Part shown: in pieces, positions 1 to 21,241 of the stretch
How the letters are laid out: each line of letters begins with the position of its first letter
Numbering within the stretch: position 1 is the stretch's first letter
NCBI RefSeq assembly: GCF_032444005.1
Contig: NC_091282.1
Location: forward strand, 659,680,001-659,744,000
Reading direction: 5' to 3'
Source: Ranitomeya imitator
Lineage: Eukaryota
Length of the DNA: 64,000 nt
The notes under the pieces: model-generated
The model's database searches: none
Seen by the model: the letters and a program-made list of their open reading frames with translations, nothing else
What the model was told of the DNA's origin: nothing
Translations under genes and position numbers: made by a program

Positions 1-1880
1 CATTATACTATATGGAGCACTATGTGGGGCCATTATACCGTATGGAGCACTATGTGGGGCTCATTATACCGTATGGAGCACTATGTGGGGCTCATTATAC
101 CGTATGGAGCACTATGTGGGGCCATTATACTGTATGGAGGACTATGCAGGGTCATTATATTGTATGGAGCGCTATGTGGGTCCATTATATGGTATGGAGC
201 ACTGTGTGGGGCTATTAGACGGTATGGAGAAAGTTGTGTGGGGCTATTATAAGGTATGGAGCACTATGTGGGACCATTATACCATATGGAGCACTATGTG
301 GGGCCATTATACTATATGGAGCACTATGTGGGGCCATTACACCGTATGGAGCACTATGTGGGACCCATTATACCGTCTTGAGCACTATGTGGGGCCATTA
401 TACTATATGGAGCACTATGTGGGGCCATTATACTATATGGAGCACTATGTGGGGCCATTATACCATATGGAGCACTATGTGGGGCCATTATACCATATGG
501 ACCACTATGTAGGGCAATTATACAGAATGGAGCACTATGTGGGGCCATTGTACTGTATGGAGCATCATGTGGGATCATTATACAGTATGGAGCACTGTGT
601 GGGGCCATTATACCGTATGGAGCACTACGTGGGGCAATTATACTGTATGAAGCACTATGTGGGGCCATTGTACTGTATGGAGCATCATGTGGGATCATTG
701 TACAGTATGAAGCACTATGTGGGGCCATTATACCATATGGAGCACTATGTAGGGCAATTATACTGTATGGAGCGCTATGTGGGGCCATTGTACTGTATGG
801 AGCATCATGTGGGATCATTACAGTATGGAGCACTGTGTGGGGCCATTATACCATATGGAGCACTATGTAGGGCAATTATACTGTATGGAGCACTATGTGG
901 GGCCATTGTACTGTATGGAGCATCATGTGGGATCATTATACAGTATGGAGCACTGTGTGGGGCCATTATACCATATGGAGCACTATGTAGGGCAATTATA
1001 CAGAATGGAGCACTATGTGGGGCCATTGTACTGTATGGAGTATCATGTGGGATCATTGTACAGTATGAAGCACTATGTGGGGCCATTATACCATATGGAG
1101 CACTATGTAGGGCAATTATACAGAATGGAGCACTATGTGGGGCCATTGTACTGTATGGAGCATCATGTGGGATCATTATACAGTATGGAGCACTGTGTGG
1201 GGCCATTATACCGTATGGAGCACTACGTGGGGCAATTATACTGTATGAAGCACTATGTGGGGCCATTGTACTGTATGGAGCATCATGTGGGATCATTATA
1301 CAGTATGGAGCACTGTGTGGGGCCATTATACCATATGGAGCACTATGTAGGGCAATTATACAGAATGGAGCACTATGTGGGGCCATTATACTATATGGAG
1401 CATCATGTGGGATCATTATACAGTATGAAGCACTATGTGGGGCCATTATACCATATGGAGCACTATGTAGGGCAATTATACTGTATGGAGCACTATGTGG
1501 GGCCATTGTACTGTATGGAGCATCATGTGGGATCATTATACAGTATGGAGCACTGTGTGGGGCCATTATACCATATGGAGCACTATGTAGGGCAATTATA
1601 CAGAATGGAGCACTATGTGGGGCCATTATACTGTATGGAGCATCATGTGGGATCATTATACAGTATGAAGCACTATGTGGGGCCATTATACCATATGGAG
1701 CACTATGTAGGGCAATTATAGTGTATGGAGCACTATGTAGGGCAATTATAGTGTATGGAGCACTATGTGGGGCCATTGTACTGTATGGAGCATCATGTGG
1801 GATCATTATACAGTATGGAGCACTATGTGGGGCCATTATACCATATGGAGCACTATGTAGGGCAATTATACTGTATGGAG
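1..1880. repeat. 30-bp minisatellite (ATGGAGCACTATGTGGGGCCATTATACCGT) with 120-bp higher-order period
   Basis: Direct tandem copies; from about 840 the same four monomer variants recur every 120 bp. Confidence 0.95.
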
Positions 1881-2167
1881 GGCTTTGTGGCATCATACTG
1901 TGTGTGTGAAGGAATCACAGTAGGGGTATCATACTGTTTCGGAGAGACATTTTTGATGGCATCATACTTTATGGGGGCAATGAAAGGGAAATCTACGTTT
2001 TTTAATAGGAGAAAAATTACTTTGCATGGCTATAAAGTTGTGAGATATACTCTTCTGTAATCCTGCAGAATATTACGTTTTTGCTTTGGGGGGAGGAGTG
2101 TAGTAATTAGAACTTCTGCTCTGGGGCCCCATGATGTGTATGTACTGCTCTGAGTCGGTGTCGGTAC

Positions 2168-2194
2168 CTGGTTGGCGCTGTAGGCGGCGGCCAT
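2168..2194 (-). CDS. cfap126: First coding exon (MAAAYSANQ) of probable Flattop/CFAP126; rest of gene lies left of the window
   Basis: Minus strand reads ATG GCC GCC GCC TAC AGC GCC AAC CAG then donor GTACCG; peptide resembles the recalled human CFAP126 N-terminus MATNYSANQ; RFX-type X-box just upstream; human CFAP126 lies near PPOX at 1q23.3. Only 9 codons are visible. Confidence 0.75.
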
Positions 2195-2384
2195 GATGCT
2201 CCTGGCTCCAGTCTGTGTACACCGGCGTCTCCTAGCAACTGTTACCATGAGGGCCGGGGCAGTATGGCTACAGCTAGCGCGTGATCATCACCTCAGCCAA
2301 TCAGGGCGCGGCATGTTCCGCGGCCAATGAGCGGTGAATGTGAGCAGTGGTGTCCGCCTCGCCCCTCCTTTCTCTCCTACGGTG
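2195..2384. promoter_or_regulatory. CpG-rich bidirectional promoter with X-box and two CCAAT boxes
   Basis: GTCTCCTAGCAAC (2227-2239) fits the RYYNYY-N-RRNRAC X-box; half-site GTTACCATG at 2241; CCAAT at 2297-2301 and 2324-2328; lies between divergent ATGs at 2194 and 2385. Confidence 0.7.
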
Positions 2385-10601
<8,217 letters not shown>

Positions 10602-10788
10602 GACCCCGCACTGCCCCCTAGAGCCTGGATTATCCATGTTTGGACTTTTTTTCACTTTTTTTTTTTTTTGTGTTTTGTGCCTGCTGGGTCAGTGCAGCTT
10701 ATCCTGACCAGACACAGTGACTCCATAAATGACCCGACAATTATCGGGGGAGCCCCGTTGCTACTCGCAGGTGTAAGTCCTCACTGTT

Positions 10789-10794
10789 AATAAA
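10789..10794 (+). terminator. Polyadenylation signal of eif3f
   Basis: AATAAA about 190 nt after the stop codon. Confidence 0.75.
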
Positions 10795-12131
10795 GCTTTA
10801 TTATTCTGTCGCTCACTGTGGACCTCTGTTTCTGCTTGCTGCCAGTGAATGGACACATTTACAGCCAGAGTAATCTATACTCCCAGCTGAGGGTTTGTTA
10901 CAGTATCTCCAGTCTATTAGTTCCTCTGTGAGAAGGATGAGGACTCATTGTAACAAAGTATCAGAAGTGAGGTGTGTGTGGTCGTACTGATGCCGCTGCG
11001 GTGTCTCTTCTCACCAGCCAGGCATTGTTTCCTTAGCTTTACTTCCTGTTAGCACTCAGGATTGTCGCACAGGACCCTGCAGAGTGGGCTCAGCTGCCGC
11101 TATGGTGGGAGTTTACATACTGGCGTATATGTGGCTTTCCATGGCTGTTTTCCTGGTTCTATACATAGGAGGTTCCCAAAAAATGACTTATTTATCTTAA
11201 AAAAAATTTGATTCAAGAAACGCTTTCCATTTTAGGTTTTTCTTTATTCTTGGGAGTAAGTTGTCACAGTGGGTGACAAACCGCTATCATACTCATGTTC
11301 AATCCGTACGTAGGCGGAGATAGTGACGGCACCGCTGATTGGGCGCCAGGGTCACATGTCACAACCTGGCACGAGAGCTCCGAGACCGCGAGTGCAGGAG
11401 TGGAGCCGACACAGGAGGGGGAGTATGGGTTTATTTTTTCAAAGATTAACATTTAGTTCAAGAAGGGGTTGTCCTAGTATTGGACCTCGTAACCGCGTCA
11501 GTTTTGAAGAATATAAAATGTTTCCGACCGAGAAGCCGTTGGGCCAAGAGCAGATCATCTAATGATGGATTGTGAAGGGGAAGAAGGCTTTCCAAACAGC
11601 ATTTAAACTTTTTTTTTTTTTCCAACTAATTCTTGTTTGTTTTTTGGGGTAGCCGATATTCCTGGCCGCCTCCCTGCAGATAAGTTCCCTGTACGTGCAG
11701 CTGCACGGTGACGCATCCCAAGGAGGAGACGAGACTTCTCCTTCCTGTCCCGGCTTCTGCCTCAGCCCGTGTGAACCCAATAGTCCCCGATACCAGGTGT
11801 CCTCAGGGCAGGGGCCAGTGTATAAATGCAGCCAATCGGCAGCCAGTACTCATCCTGTAACTCCACCTACATCCTAAAAGCAAGCAATTGATTGGATGCA
11901 GGTATATATCTTAAACTGTTGTATGGGGAGATGTCTGAATGTGAGGCCTGGACCCCATCTGTGGAGGTCTCTTTTATCTCGTAGCACTGAAAACCACATG
12001 TCCTACCCTGATCTGCAACAACCCTTGTGGCGAAGCTCGTGGTTGTCTTTCTTAACGTCAATTTAGGCGGCCTCTACTAGCCCCCAACATTAGGACCCCT
12101 CTACATCAGCTGGTCCTAGTAATGGAGATCC

Positions 12132-15100
12132 CACACAGGAGAGGATTAGAGACACAGCTCATCAGACTGTATCACACAGGATAGGATTAGATACACAGCT
12201 CAGGAGTCAGTATCACACAGGATAGGATTAGATACACAGCTCAGCAGACAGTATCACACAGGATAGGATTAGATACACGGCTCAGCAGACAGTATCACAC
12301 AGGATAGGATTAGATACATGGCTCAGGAGTCTATCACACAGGATAGGATTAGATACACAGCTCAGCAGACAGTATCACACAGGATAGGATTAGATACACA
12401 GCTCAGGAGTCAGTATCACACAGGATAGGATTAGATACACAGCTCAGCAGACAGTATCACACAGGATTGGATTTGATACACAGCTCAGCAGACAGTATCA
12501 CACAGGATAGGATTAGATACACGGCTCAGCAGACAGTATCACACAGGATAGGATTAGATACACAGCTCAGGAGTCAGTATCACACAGGATAGGATTAGAT
12601 ACACGGCTCAGCAGACAGTATCACACAGGATAGGATTAGATACACGGCTCAGGAGTCAGTATCACACAGGATAGGATTAGATACACGGCTCAGCAGACAG
12701 TATCACACAGGATAGGATTAGATACACAGCTCAGCAGACAGTATCACACAGGATAGGATTAGATACACAGCTCAGCAGACAGTATCACACAGGATAGGAT
12801 TAGATACACGGCTCAGCAGTCAGTATCACACAGGATAGGATTAGATACACGGCTCAGCAGTCAGTATCACACAGGATAGGATTAGATAAACGGCTCAGCA
12901 GACAGTATCACACAGGATAGGATTAGATACACGGCTCAGCAGTCAGTATCACACAGGATAGGATTAGATACACGGCTCAGGAGTCAGTATCACACAGGAT
13001 AGGATTAGATAAACGGCTCAGCAGACAGTATCACACAGGATAGGATTAGATACACAGCTCAGCAGACAGTATCACACAGGATAGGATTAGATACACAGCT
13101 CAGCAGACAGTATCACACAGGATAGGATTAGATACATGGCTCATCAGACTGTATCACACAGGATAGGATTAGATACACGGCTCAGCAGACAGTATCACAC
13201 AGGATTGGATTTGATACACAGCTCAGCAGACAGTATCACACAGGATAGGATTAGATACACAGCTCATCAGACTCACACAGGATAGGATTAGATACACGGC
13301 TCAGGAGTCAGTATCACACAGGATAGGATTAGATAAACGGCTCAGCAGACAGTATCACACAGGATAGGATTAGATACACGGCTCAGCAGTCAGTATCACA
13401 CAGGATAGGATTAGATACACAGCTCAGGAGTCAGTATCACACAGGAGAGGATTAGATACACGGCTCAGCAGACAGTATCACACAGGATAGGATTAGATAC
13501 ACGGCTCAGCAGACAGTATCACACAGGATAGGATTAGATACACAGCTCAGCAGACAGTATCACACAGGATAGGATTAGATACACAGCTCAGCAGACAGTA
13601 TCACACAGGATAGGATTAGATACATGGCTCATCAGACTGTATCACACAGGATAGGATTAGATACACGGCTCAGCAGTCAGTATCACACAGGATAGGATTA
13701 GATACACATCTCAGCAGACTATCACAGGATAGGATTAGATACACAGCTCATCAGACTGTATCACACGGGATAGGATTAGATACACGGCTCAGTAGTCAGT
13801 ATCACACAGGATAGGATTAGATACACATCTCAGCAGACAGTATCACACAGGATAGGATTAGATACACATCTCAGCAGACAGTATCACACAGGATAGAATT
13901 AGATACACGGCTCAGCAGACAGTATCACACAGGATAGGATTAGATACACAGCTCAGCAGACAGTATCACACAGGATAGAATTAGATACACGGCTCAGCAG
14001 ACAGTATCACACAGGATAGGATTAGATACACAGCTCAGCAGACAGTATCACCCAGGATAGGATTAGATATACAGCTCAGCAGACAGTATCACCCAGGATA
14101 GGATTAGATACACAGCTCAGCAGACAGTATCACACAGGATAGGATTAGATACACAGCTCAGACAGTATCACAGGATAGAATTAGCTACACGGCTCAGCAG
14201 ACCGTATCACACGGGATAGGATTAGATACACAGCTCAGACAGTATCACAGGATAGGATTAGATACACGACTCAGAAGACCGTATCACACATGATAGCATT
14301 AGATACACAGCTCAGCAGACAGTATCACACAGGATAGAATTAGATTCCCAGCTCAGCATACAGTATCACACAGGAGAGGATTAGATACATGGCTCAGCAG
14401 ACAGTATCACACAGGATAGGATTAGATACACAGCTCAGGAGTCAGTATCACACAGGATAGGATTAGATACACGGCTCAGCAGACAGTATCACACAGGATA
14501 GGATTAGATACATGGCTCAGGAGTCAGTATCACACAGGATAGGATTAGATACACAGCTCAGCAGACAGTATCACACAGGATAGGATTAGATACATGGCTC
14601 ATCAGACTGTATCACACAGGATAGGATTAGATACACGGCTCAGCAGTCAGTATCACACAGGATAGGATTAGATACACAGCTCAGGAGTCAGTATCACACA
14701 GGATAGGATTAGATACACGGCTCAGCAGACAGTATCACACAGGATAGGATTAGATACACGGCTCAGGAGTCAGTATCACACAGGATAGGATTAGATACAC
14801 GGCTCAGCAGACAGTATCACACAGGATAGGATTAGATACACGGCTCAGCAGACAGTATCACACAGGATAGGATTAGATACACAGCTCAGCAGACAGTATC
14901 ACACAGGATAGGATTAGATACACAGCTCAGCAGACAGTATCACACAGGATAGGATTAGATGCATGGCTCATCAGACTGTATCACACAGGATAGGATTAGA
15001 TACATGGCTCATCAGACAGTATCACACAGGATAGGATTAGATACACGGCTCAGCAGTCAGTATCACACAGGATAGGATTAGATGCACATCTCAGCAGACT

Positions 15101-18100
15101 ATCACACAGGATAGGATTAGATACACAGCTCATCAGACTGTATCACACGGGATAGGATTAGATACACGGCTCAGCAGTCAGTATCACACAGGATAGGATT
15201 AGATACACATCTCAGCAGACAGTATCACCCAGGATAGAATTAGATACACGGCTCAGCAGACAGTATCACACAGGATAGGATTAGATACACAGCTCAGCAG
15301 ACAGTATCACCCAGGATAGGATTAGATACACATCTCAGCAGACAGTATCACACAGGATAGAATTAGATACACAGCTCAGCAGACAGTATCACACAGGAGA
15401 GGATTAGATACACAGCTCAGCAGACAGTATCACACAGGAGAGGATTAGATACACAGCTCAGCAGACAGTATCACACAGGATAGGATTAGATACACAGCTC
15501 AGCAGTCAGTATCACACAGGATAGGATTAGATACACGGCTCAGCAGACAGTATCACACAGGATAGGATTAGATACACAGCTCAGCAGACAGTATCACACA
15601 GGATAGGATTAGATATACAGCTCAGCAGACAGTATCACCCAGGATAGGATTAGATACACAGCTCAGCAGACAGTATCACCCAGGATAGGATTAGATACAC
15701 AGCTCAGCAGACAGTATCACACAGGATAGGATTAGATATACAGCTCAGCAGACAGTATCACCCAGGATAGGATTAGATACACAGCTCAGCAGACAGTATC
15801 ACACAGGATAGGATTAGATACACAGCTCAGACAGTATCACATGATAGAATTAGCTACACGGCTCAGCAGACCGTATTACACGGGATAGGATTAGATACAC
15901 AGCTCAGACAGTATCACAGGATAGGATTAGATACACGGCTCAGCAGACAGTATCACACAGGATAGAATTAGATTCCCAGCTCAGCATACAGTATCACACA
16001 GGAGAGGATTAGATACACGGCTCAGCAGACAGTATCACACAGGATAGGATTAGATACACGGCTCAGCAGACAGTATCACACAGGATAGGATTAGATACAC
16101 GGCTCAGCAGACTGTATCACACAGGAGAGGATTAGATACACGGCTCAGCAGACAGTATCACACAGGATAGGATTAGATACAGGACTCAGCAGACAGTATC
16201 ACACATGATAGGATTAGATACACGGCTCAGCAGTCGGTATCACACAGGATAGGATTAGATACACGGCTCAGCAGACAGTATCACACAGGATAGGATTAGA
16301 TACAGGACTCAGCAGACCGTATCACACAGGATAGGATTAGATACACGGCTCAGCAGACAGTATCACACAGGATAGGATTAGATACACGGCTCAGCAGACA
16401 GTATCACACAGGATAGGATTAGATACACGGCTCAGCAGACAGTATCACACAGGATAGGATTAGATACACGGCTCAGCAGACAGTATCACACAGGATAGGA
16501 TTAGATACACGGCTCAGCAGACCGTATCACACAGTATAGGATTAGACACACAGCTCAGCAGACAGTATCACACAGGATATGATTAGATACACGGCTCAGC
16601 AGACAGTATCACACAGTATAGGATTAGACACATGGCTCAGCAGACAGTATCACACAGGATAGGATTAGATACACAGCTCAGCAGACAGTATCACACAGGA
16701 GAGGATTAGATACATGGCTCAGCAGACAGTATCACACAGGATAGGATTAGATACACGGCTCAGCAGACAGTATCACACAGGATAGGATTAGACACACAGC
16801 TCAGCAGACTGTATCACACAGGATAGGATTAGATACAGGACTCAGCAGACAGTATCACACATGATAGAATTAGATACACGGCTCAGCAGTCGGTATCACA
16901 CAGGATAGGATTAGATACACGGCTCAGCAGTCGGTATCACACAGGATAGGATTAGATACACGGCTCAGCAGTCAGTATCACACAGGATAGAATTAGATTC
17001 CCAGCTCAGCAGACAGTATCACACAGGATAGGATTAGATACACAGCTCAGCAGACAATATCACACAGGATAGGATTAGATACACAGCTCAGCAGTCAGTA
17101 TCACACAGGATAGGATTAGATACACGGCTCAGCAGACAGTATCACACAGGATAGGATTAGATACACGGCTCAACAGACAGTATCACACAGGATAGGATTA
17201 GATACAGGACTCAGCAGACAGTATCACACATGATAGAATTAGATACACGGCTCAGCAGTCGGTATCACACAGGATAGGATTAGATACACAGCTCAGCAGA
17301 CACTATCACACAGGATAGGATTAGATACACAGCTCAGCAGACAATATCACACAGGATAGGATTAGATACACGGCTCAGCAGACAGTATCACACAGGAGAG
17401 GATTAGATACACGGCTCAGCAGACAGTATCACACAGGATAGGATTAGATACACAGCTCAGCAGACTGTATCACACAGGATAGGATTAGATACAGGACTCA
17501 GCAGACAGTATCACACATGATAGAATTAGATACACGGCTCAGCAGTCTGTATCACACAGGATAGGATTAGATACACGGCTCAGCAGTCAGTATCACACAG
17601 GATAGAATTAGATTCCCAGCTCAGCAGACAGTATCACACAGGATAGGATTAGATACACAGCTCAGCAGACAATATCACACAGGATAGGATTAGATACACA
17701 GCTCAGCAGTCAGTATCACACAGGATAGGATTAGATACACAGCTCAGCAGACAGTATCACACAGGATAGGATTAGATACACAGCTCAGCAGACAGTATCA
17801 CACAGGATAGGATTAGATACAGGACTCAGCAGACAGTATCACACATGATAGAATTAGATACACGGCTCAGCAGTCGGTATCACACAGGATAGGATTAGAT
17901 ACACAGCTCAGCAGACAGTATCACACAGGATAGGATTAGATACACAGCTCAGCAGACAATATCACACAGGATAGGATTAGATACACAGCTCAGCAGACAG
18001 TATCACACAGGATAGGATTAGATACACAGCTCAGCAGACAGTATCACACAGGATAGGATTAGATACACAGCTCAGCAGACAGTATCACACAGGATAGGAT

Positions 18101-18366
18101 TAGATACAGGACTCAGCAGACAGTATCACACATGATAGAATTAGATACACGGCTCAGCAGTCGGTATCACACAGGATAGGATTAGATACACAGCTCAGCA
18201 GACAGTATCACACAGGATAGGATTAGATACACAGCTCAGCAGACAATATCACACAGGATAGGATTAGATACACAGCTCAGCAGACAGTATCACACAGGAT
18301 AGGATTAGATACACGGCTCAGCAGACAGTATCACACAGGAGAGAATTAGATCTAAGGCTCAGTAGG
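12132..18366. repeat. 41-bp minisatellite (GGATAGGATTAGATACACAGCTCAGCAGACAGTATCACACA)
   Basis: About 150 tandem copies with recurring variant blocks. Confidence 0.97.
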
Positions 18367-18821
18367 CAGTATATAAACCAATAATTGGAAATAAAGACCC
18401 ATATCTCATAAAAAAAAAACTTGGATGTACCCAAAATACTGCATATTAAACCTATTGCCACCGAGTAGCACGGTAATAATGTCTATGAAATCAAATAAAT
18501 TTTTATAATCTGAAACATCATCAAACCAATTAATCACAACGCTACAAACGATGAAAAATCCCATTAAAAACCGAGAGGGAAGGGCAGTGTGGTTATATAT
18601 AATTACGGGCACATCAGTAATCCATAAATCGCCAATTAACTATTAGGAGGCGCAGAAGTGTGTATATATCTCGTATCACTCATTAGGCAAGCAATATTCC
18701 ATACAGCAAGGATAACTACTGCTCAGCGAGGGTTAACAACCACCCGAATACAATGTAACAGGCTCCTGATATCAGCAGATTCCTGTATAACAACCAAAGG
18801 TCAGAATTACACCAGTACATA

Positions 18822-20427
18822 CAGTGGGGCAAAAAAGTATTTAGTCAGTCAGCAATAGTGCAAGTTCCACCACTTAAAAAGATGAGAGGCGTCTGTAATT
18901 TACATCATAGGTAGACCTCAACTATGGGAGACAAACTGAGAAAAAAAAATCCAGAAAATCACATTGTCTGTTTTTTTAATATTTTATTTGCATATTATGG
19001 TGGAAAATAAGTATTTGGTCAGAAACAAACAATCAAGATTTCTGGCTCTCACAGACCTGTAACTTCTTCTTTAAGAGTCTCCTCTTTCCTCCACTCATTA
19101 CCTGTAGTAATGGCACCTGTTTAAACTTGTTATCAGTATAAAAAGACACCTATGCACACCCTCAAACAGTCTGACTCCAAACTCCACTATGGTGAAGACC
19201 AAAGAGCTGTCAAAGGACACCAGAAACAAAATTGTAGCCCTGCACCAGGCTGGGAAGACTGAATCTGCAATAGCCAACCAGCTTGGAGTGAAGAAATCAA
19301 CAGTGGGAGCAATAATTAGAAAATGGAAGACAACCAAGACCACTGATAATCTCCCTCGATCTGGGGCTCCACGCAAAATCCCACCCCGTGGGGTCAGAAT
19401 GATCACAAGAACGGTGAGCAAAAATCCCAGAACCACGCGGGGGGACCTAGTGAATGAACTGCAGAGAGCTGGGACCAATGTAACAAGGCCTACCATAAGT
19501 AACACACTACGCCACCATGGACTCAGATCCTGCAGTGCCAGACGTGTCCCACTGCTTAAGCCAGTACATGTCCGGGCCCGTCTGAAGTTTGCTAGAGACC
19601 ATTTGGATGATCCAGAGGAGTTTTGGGAGAATGTCCTATGGTCTGATGAAACCAAACTGGAACTGTTTGGTAGAAACACAACTTGTCGTGTTTGGAGGAA
19701 AAAGAATACTGAGTTGCATCCATCAAACACCATACCTACTGTAACGCATGGTGGTGGAAACATCATGCTTTGGGGCTGTTTCTCTGCAAAGGGGCCAGGA
19801 CGACTGATCCGGGTACATGAAAGAATGAATGGGGCCATGTATCGTGAGATTTTGAGTGCAAACCTCCTTCCATCAGCAAGGGCATTGAAGATGAAACGTG
19901 GCTGGGTCTTTCAACATGACAATGATCCAAAGCACACCGCCAGGGCAACGAAGGAGTGGCTTCGTAAGAAGCATTTCAAGGTCCTGGAGTGGCCTAGCCA
20001 GTCTCCAAATCTCAACCCTATAGAAAACCTTTGGAGGGAGTTGAAAGTCCGTGTTGCCAAGCGAAAAGCCAAAAACATCACTGCTCTAGAGGAGATGTGC
20101 ATGGAGGAATGGGCCAACATACCAACAACAGTATATGGCAACCTTGTGAAGACTTACAGAAAACGTTTGACCTCTGTCATTGCCAACAAAGGATATATTA
20201 CAAAGTATTGAGATGAAATTTTGTTTCTGACCAAATACTTATTTTCCACCATAATATGCAAATAAAATGTTAAAAAAACAGACAATGTGATTTTCTGGAT
20301 TTTTTTTTCTCAGTTTGTCTCCCATAGTTGAGGTCTACCTATGATGTAAATTACAGACGCCTCTCATCTTTTTAAGTGGTGGAACTTGCACTATTGCTGA
20401 CTGACTAAATACTTTTTTGCCCCACTG
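18822..20427 (+). mobile_element. Full-length Tc1-family DNA transposon (IR/DR type)
   Basis: TA target duplication (18820-21, 20428-29); about 208-bp TIRs (18822-19029, 20220-20427) starting CAGTGGGG, one mismatch seen; inner and outer AAGTATTT(A/G)GTCA direct repeats. Confidence 0.97.
19189..20211 (+). CDS. Tc1 transposase, 340 aa, DD34E
   Basis: Open ORF; paired-like HTH N-terminus, GAPRK linker, [21 protein letters not shown]; 34 residues counted between second D and E. Confidence 0.95.
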   Translation: MVKTKELSKDTRNKIVALHQAGKTESAIANQLGVKKSTVGAIIRKWKTTKTTDNLPRSGAPRKIPPRGVRMITRTVSKNPRTTRGDLVNELQRAGTNVTRPTISNTLRHHGLRSCSARRVPLLKPVHVRARLKFARDHLDDPEEFWENVLWSDETKLELFGRNTTCRVWRKKNTELHPSNTIPTVTHGGGNIMLWGCFSAKGPGRLIRVHERMNGAMYREILSANLLPSARALKMKRGWVFQHDNDPKHTARATKEWLRKKHFKVLEWPSQSPNLNPIENLWRELKVRVAKRKAKNITALEEMCMEEWANIPTTVYGNLVKTYRKRLTSVIANKGYITKY

Positions 20428-20997
20428 TATCATAAATATCTCCTCCTATAGAAGCATCCATGCTGTGGGAGACCAATCTATACACACCGTGTGCCATTGT
20501 GTAATCAGACCACCCTGCCCAGTACCCCTATTGGTGTAGGGGGATATTCATGTACTATAGGTGAGTTTGATATGTACTGGTGTCATTCTGCCTTTTGGTT
20601 GTTATACAGGAATCTGCTGATATCAGGAGCCCGTTACATTGTATGCGGGTGGTTGTTAACCCTCGCTGAGCAGTATTTATACATGCTGTATGGAATATTG
20701 TTTGGCTAATGAGGGATATGCGATATATCTACACTTCTGCGCTTTATATTAGTTTACGTGTGATATATAAAACACCGATGTGCCCGTAATTATATATAAC
20801 CACATTTCTCTCTCTGTTTTAAGAGGTTTTTTAAATGGGGTTTTTCATCGTTAGTAGCGTTGTAGTTAATTGATTTAATAATGTTTCAGATTATAAAAAT
20901 GAAATAGATTTGGTAGACATTATTACTGTACTACTCAGTAGGCAGATCACATTACAAGCTTAGATACACTGTATCGGTCTTAGGTTTGTGCACTGGT

Positions 20998-21003
20998 TTT
21001 ATT
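20998..21003 (-). terminator. Putative polyadenylation signal of the XCR1-like gene
   Basis: TTTATT on plus (AATAAA on minus) about 240 nt past the stop. Confidence 0.45.
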
Positions 21004-21241
21004 CAGTATGTGACCAGTGATGAGGGATATGTGATACATGCGTTACAATCTATATTATTAATAATGGTACACGTGTTCTCTACTCGGATACGTTCTTGGC
21101 TGTTGCATCTATACTCGGTGATGCATAAGACTTGGGAGCCACAGTACTGAGCTGCTCCTGTAAGTGTCCCTGGTCCATCTTGTCCCATCTGCTGTTATCT
21201 ACATGTAGCGTTGTACTGACAGACAATCTGCTGGGTCTGCG

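Larger units (their letters stand above)
18456..20944. repeat. About 370-bp imperfect inverted repeat (18456-18821 / 20571-20944) flanking the Tc1
   Basis: For example GCTCAGCGAGGGTTAACAACCACCCG...CTGATATCAGCAGATTCCTGTATAACAACC on the left and its reverse complement at 20590-20680. Confidence 0.9.

Noticed and set aside
12-1909. Long ORFs (up to 608 aa) in the 30-bp array
   Set aside because: Unit length is a multiple of 3 and stop-poor; peptides are pure repeat translations in several frames.
1880-2160. Possible cfap126 exon 2 (cag/TATGATGCC on the minus strand)
   Set aside because: The translation after YDA does not resemble Flattop; these are decayed ends of the minisatellite.
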